A stretch of 64,000 nt of DNA from Podarcis vaucheri (lineage: Eukaryota): NCBI GenBank assembly GCA_965113315.1, contig OZ220370.1. One strand, written 5' to 3'. Under the pieces are notes generated by a model. The model was not told where the DNA came from, searched no databases, and saw only the letters and a program-made list of their open reading frames with translations. Below, piece after piece: positions 61,113-64,000 of the stretch. Each line of letters opens with the position of its first letter. Position 1 is the first letter of the stretch. Both the position numbers and the translations under genes were made by a program.

Positions 61113-62177
61113 ATGATGGAGGAGCTCTGTAGCCAACCCCAACGACACGATCTCAAGATGGAAGGGGAGGGAACAGCTGCAGTCGCCTGCAATTCCTGCG
61201 CAATGTTTGCCATCTTGCCAAAGGTTGCAGGCAGCTTTACCTGCAGCAATTGCATGTTGATTGCCCTCTTAAAAGACAAAGTCCAGCAACTGGAGGAACG
61301 TGTAGCTACGCTCCAAAGAATTAGAGAGCTGGAGCTCTTCTTGGAAGCAACAGAGCACACCGTCTCCACCAAGGAGGAGACAGGGGACTCCCCTGAGAAG
61401 GAGTCTAGTTCACCAACACAGGAGCCAGATATATGGAGAAACGTGACTCAAAGAAGTAGGAGGCCCAGGGTTCACTTAGAAATACACAATCGCTTTGAGG
61501 TCCTCTCCCCTAGCATGGAAGACGAAGAGCAGACTCCATTTGAGGATCTCTCCCTCATTACAGTCGATCAGGTATATGAAGACGAGCAGCAAAGTCAGTC
61601 CTCAGGGAATGTGCAGGCGACCTTGGAACGGACAGCTCACGGAAGAACCCCGACCAAACCCAAGAGGAGGCGTGTAGTGGTGATAGGGGATTCCCTACTG
61701 AGGGGAACAGAAGCAGTGATCTGTGGGCCTGACAAGATGTCTCGGGAAGTGTGCTGTCTCCCCGGGGCTAAGATCCAAGATGTAACTGAACGACTGCAAG
61801 GAATCATAAAACCCACTGACAAATACCCCTTCCTCTTGGTTCATGTGGGAACCAACGACACTGCAAGCAATAGCCTCCAGAAGATCAAAAGAGACTACGA
61901 GGCTCTCGGCAGGAAATTGAAGCAACTAAATGCACAAATTGTCATCTCATCTGTCCTCCCAGTTGAACGACGTGGCCCAGGGAGAGAGGGGAAAATAGTG
62001 GAAGTGAACAGCTGGCTTCGCAAATGGTGTAAACAGGAACGGTTTGGATTCTTAGATCACGGACTGCAGTTTCTTGAAGATGGACTTCTGGCAAGTGATG
62101 GGCTGCATCTCACAACGGTTGGGAGAAATGTTTTTGCAAAAAATCTCAGAAACCTCATCAGGAGGGCTTTAAACTGA
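61113..62177 (+). CDS. CR1 ORF1 protein (C4 Zn finger, coiled coil, SGNH/GDSL esterase-like domain)
   Basis: CNSC..CSNC, heptad LLKDKVQQLEERVATL, NRFEVL, VVVIGDSLLR, LPGA, VHVGTND, DGLHL, ends RALN*. First ATG 61113 (alternative 61158); track start 61077 is GTG. Confidence 0.93.
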   Translation: MMEELCSQPQRHDLKMEGEGTAAVACNSCAMFAILPKVAGSFTCSNCMLIALLKDKVQQLEERVATLQRIRELELFLEATEHTVSTKEETGDSPEKESSSPTQEPDIWRNVTQRSRRPRVHLEIHNRFEVLSPSMEDEEQTPFEDLSLITVDQVYEDEQQSQSSGNVQATLERTAHGRTPTKPKRRRVVVIGDSLLRGTEAVICGPDKMSREVCCLPGAKIQDVTERLQGIIKPTDKYPFLLVHVGTNDTASNSLQKIKRDYEALGRKLKQLNAQIVISSVLPVERRGPGREGKIVEVNSWLRKWCKQERFGFLDHGLQFLEDGLLASDGLHLTTVGRNVFAKNLRNLIRRALN

Positions 62178-64000
62178 CTAATGTGGGGGAGGGAGACAGT
62201 GCTCCTGAAGGTAGGAGTCTATCAATAAATGAAGATGATCATCCAAATGTCATAGACCAAATGGAGCAAACAGCACGCGGACCTAGTGGTGGGAGGAAAA
62301 AATCCTTAAATAAGAGACACGGGGGAATGATTAATGGACTTCAATGTCTGTACACTAATGCGCAAAGCATGGGAAATAAACAAGATGAGCTTGAGCTCTT
62401 GGTACAGCAAACTAAATATGACATAATAGGCATCACTGAAACCTGGTGGGATAAGCCCCACGATTGGAATGTAATAATGGGGGGATACAATCTATTTCAG
62501 AGAAACAGACCAGACAAGAAAGGAGGAGGAGTGGCGTTATATGTCAGGGATGTGTATACCTGTGAAGAGATCCAAGATTTAGATCCTCAAAGCCAAAGTG
62601 AGAGCATTTGGGTCAAAATTAAGGGAGAGAAGAATAACAGAGACCTCATTGTGGGAGTTTACTATAGATCCCCAAGCCAAACGGAGGACATAGATGATGC
62701 CTTCCTGGAACAGATGGCCAAGCATGCAAAAGGAAGGGAGATAGTAGTAATGGGGGACTTCAATTACCCAGATATTTGTTGGACGTCAAACTCAGCCAAG
62801 AGCATAAGGTCAAACAGATTCCTCACTGGCCTTGCAGACAACTTCATTGTCCAGAAAGTGGGAGAAGCAACAAGAGGAACAGCCATTTTAGATCTGGTCC
62901 TAACCAATGTTGATGACCTGGTTAGTGGGGTAGAAGTGGAAGGATCATTAGGCGCGAGTGATCATGCTCTTCTGAAGTTTACTATACAGCGGAAAGGAGC
63001 AGCCAAGCATACTAGGACTCAATTTCTTGACTTTAAGAAAGCCGACTTCATAAAACTTAGGGAAGTGCTGGGTGAGATCCCATGGACAACAATACTAAAA
63101 GGAAAGGGAGTTCATGATGGCTGGGAGTTTGTTAAGAGGGAGATACTAAAAGCACAACGTCAGGCAATACCAATGAGACGGAAACATGGAAGGTGCCTAA
63201 AGAAGCCAGGGTGGCTATCTAAAGAACTTTTAACTGAATTAAGATTAAAAAAGGATGTGTACAAAAAATGGAAAAGGGGGGAAACCACCAAAGAGGAATT
63301 CAAACAAATAGCCAGCACGTGTAGACACAAAGTCAGAAAAGCTAAAGCACAGAATGAACTCAGGCTTGCTAGAGAGGTTAAAAGCAACAAAAAAGGCTTT
63401 TATGGGTATGTTCGTAGCAAAAGGAAGAACAAAGAAACAATGGGGTCACTCAGAGGAGAAGATGGTGAAATGCAAACAGGGGACACAGAAAGGGCTGAAC
63501 TACTCAATGCCTTCTTTGCCTCAGTCTTCTCCGATAAAGAAAACAATGCCCGACCTGAAGAATTTGGAGCAAATGATTCAGCAAAGGAAACACAGCCCAG
63601 AATAACTAAGGAGATAGTACAAGAATATTTGGCTAGTTTAGATGTATTCAAGTCTCCAGGGCCAGATGAACTGCATCCAAGAGTATTAAAAGAACTGGCA
63701 GATGTGATCTCAGAACCACTGGCAGTCATCTTTGAGAATTCCTGGAGAACAGGCGAAGTCCCGGCAGACTGGAGGAGGGCAAATGTTGTCCCTATTTTCA
63801 AAAAGGGGAAAAGAGAGGACCCAAATAATTACCGCCCAGTCAGTCTGACATCAATAGCAGGGAAGATTCTGGAGCAGATCATTAAGCAAACAGTCTGTGA
63901 GCACCTAGAAAGGAATGCTATGATCACCAATAGTCAGCATGGATTTCTGAAAAATAAGTCATGTCAGACTAACCTGATCTCGTTTTTTGACAGAATTACA
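62168..64000 (+). CDS. CR1 ORF2 (APE endonuclease plus N-terminal RT region), partial
   Basis: Absent from the ORF track because it has no stop in the window. Hand translation: CLYTNAQSMGNKQDEL, IIGITETWWD, GGGVALYV, VGVYYRSP, VMGDFNYPDICW, LDLVL, SDH, KSPGPDELHPRVLKEL, WRRANVVPIFKKG, NYRPVSLTS, SQHGF. Frame open from 62099; first ATG 62261. Confidence 0.93.

Larger units (their letters stand above)
60811..64000 (+). mobile_element. CR1 LINE, apparently intact, continues beyond the window
   Basis: 5' UTR with a 38-bp direct repeat, uninterrupted ORF1, and ORF2 with no stop up to the window end. Confidence 0.95.

Noticed and set aside
63160-63801. ORFs 63160-63390, 63354-63605 and 63400-63801
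   Set aside because: Antisense or off-frame shadows of CR1 ORF2.

Overview
Eukaryotic, repeat-rich non-coding DNA, almost certainly from a squamate and probably a lacertid lizard (Sauria/Squam1, Squam2-like and Squam3-type SINEs, BovB, CR1, L2 and L1 LINE fragments, many Tc1/mariner and hAT MITEs, microsatellites, two assembly gaps). No host protein-coding exon could be identified; the window looks intronic or intergenic, with several repeat-free blocks that may be conserved non-coding elements. The only credible coding sequence is an apparently intact CR1 LINE at the right end: ORF1 (Zn finger plus SGNH esterase) and ORF2 (APE endonuclease plus start of RT, running off the window), overlapping in the -1 frame at a U_UUA_AAC slippery heptamer. 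The most unusual observation is a ~0.8 kb LTR-like repeat present four times (1-435, ~8500-9612, 11203-11979, ~28100-29204). It has CCAAT/TATA-like and AATAAA signals enclosing ~500 nt whose hairpins are preserved by compensatory substitutions between diverged copies, including a U-rich internal loop with the architecture of an ENE poly(A)-triple-helix element and a long-range stem that pairs with the poly(A) signal. Family names were assigned by eye from remembered consensus features, not database searches; boundaries without a TSD are approximate.
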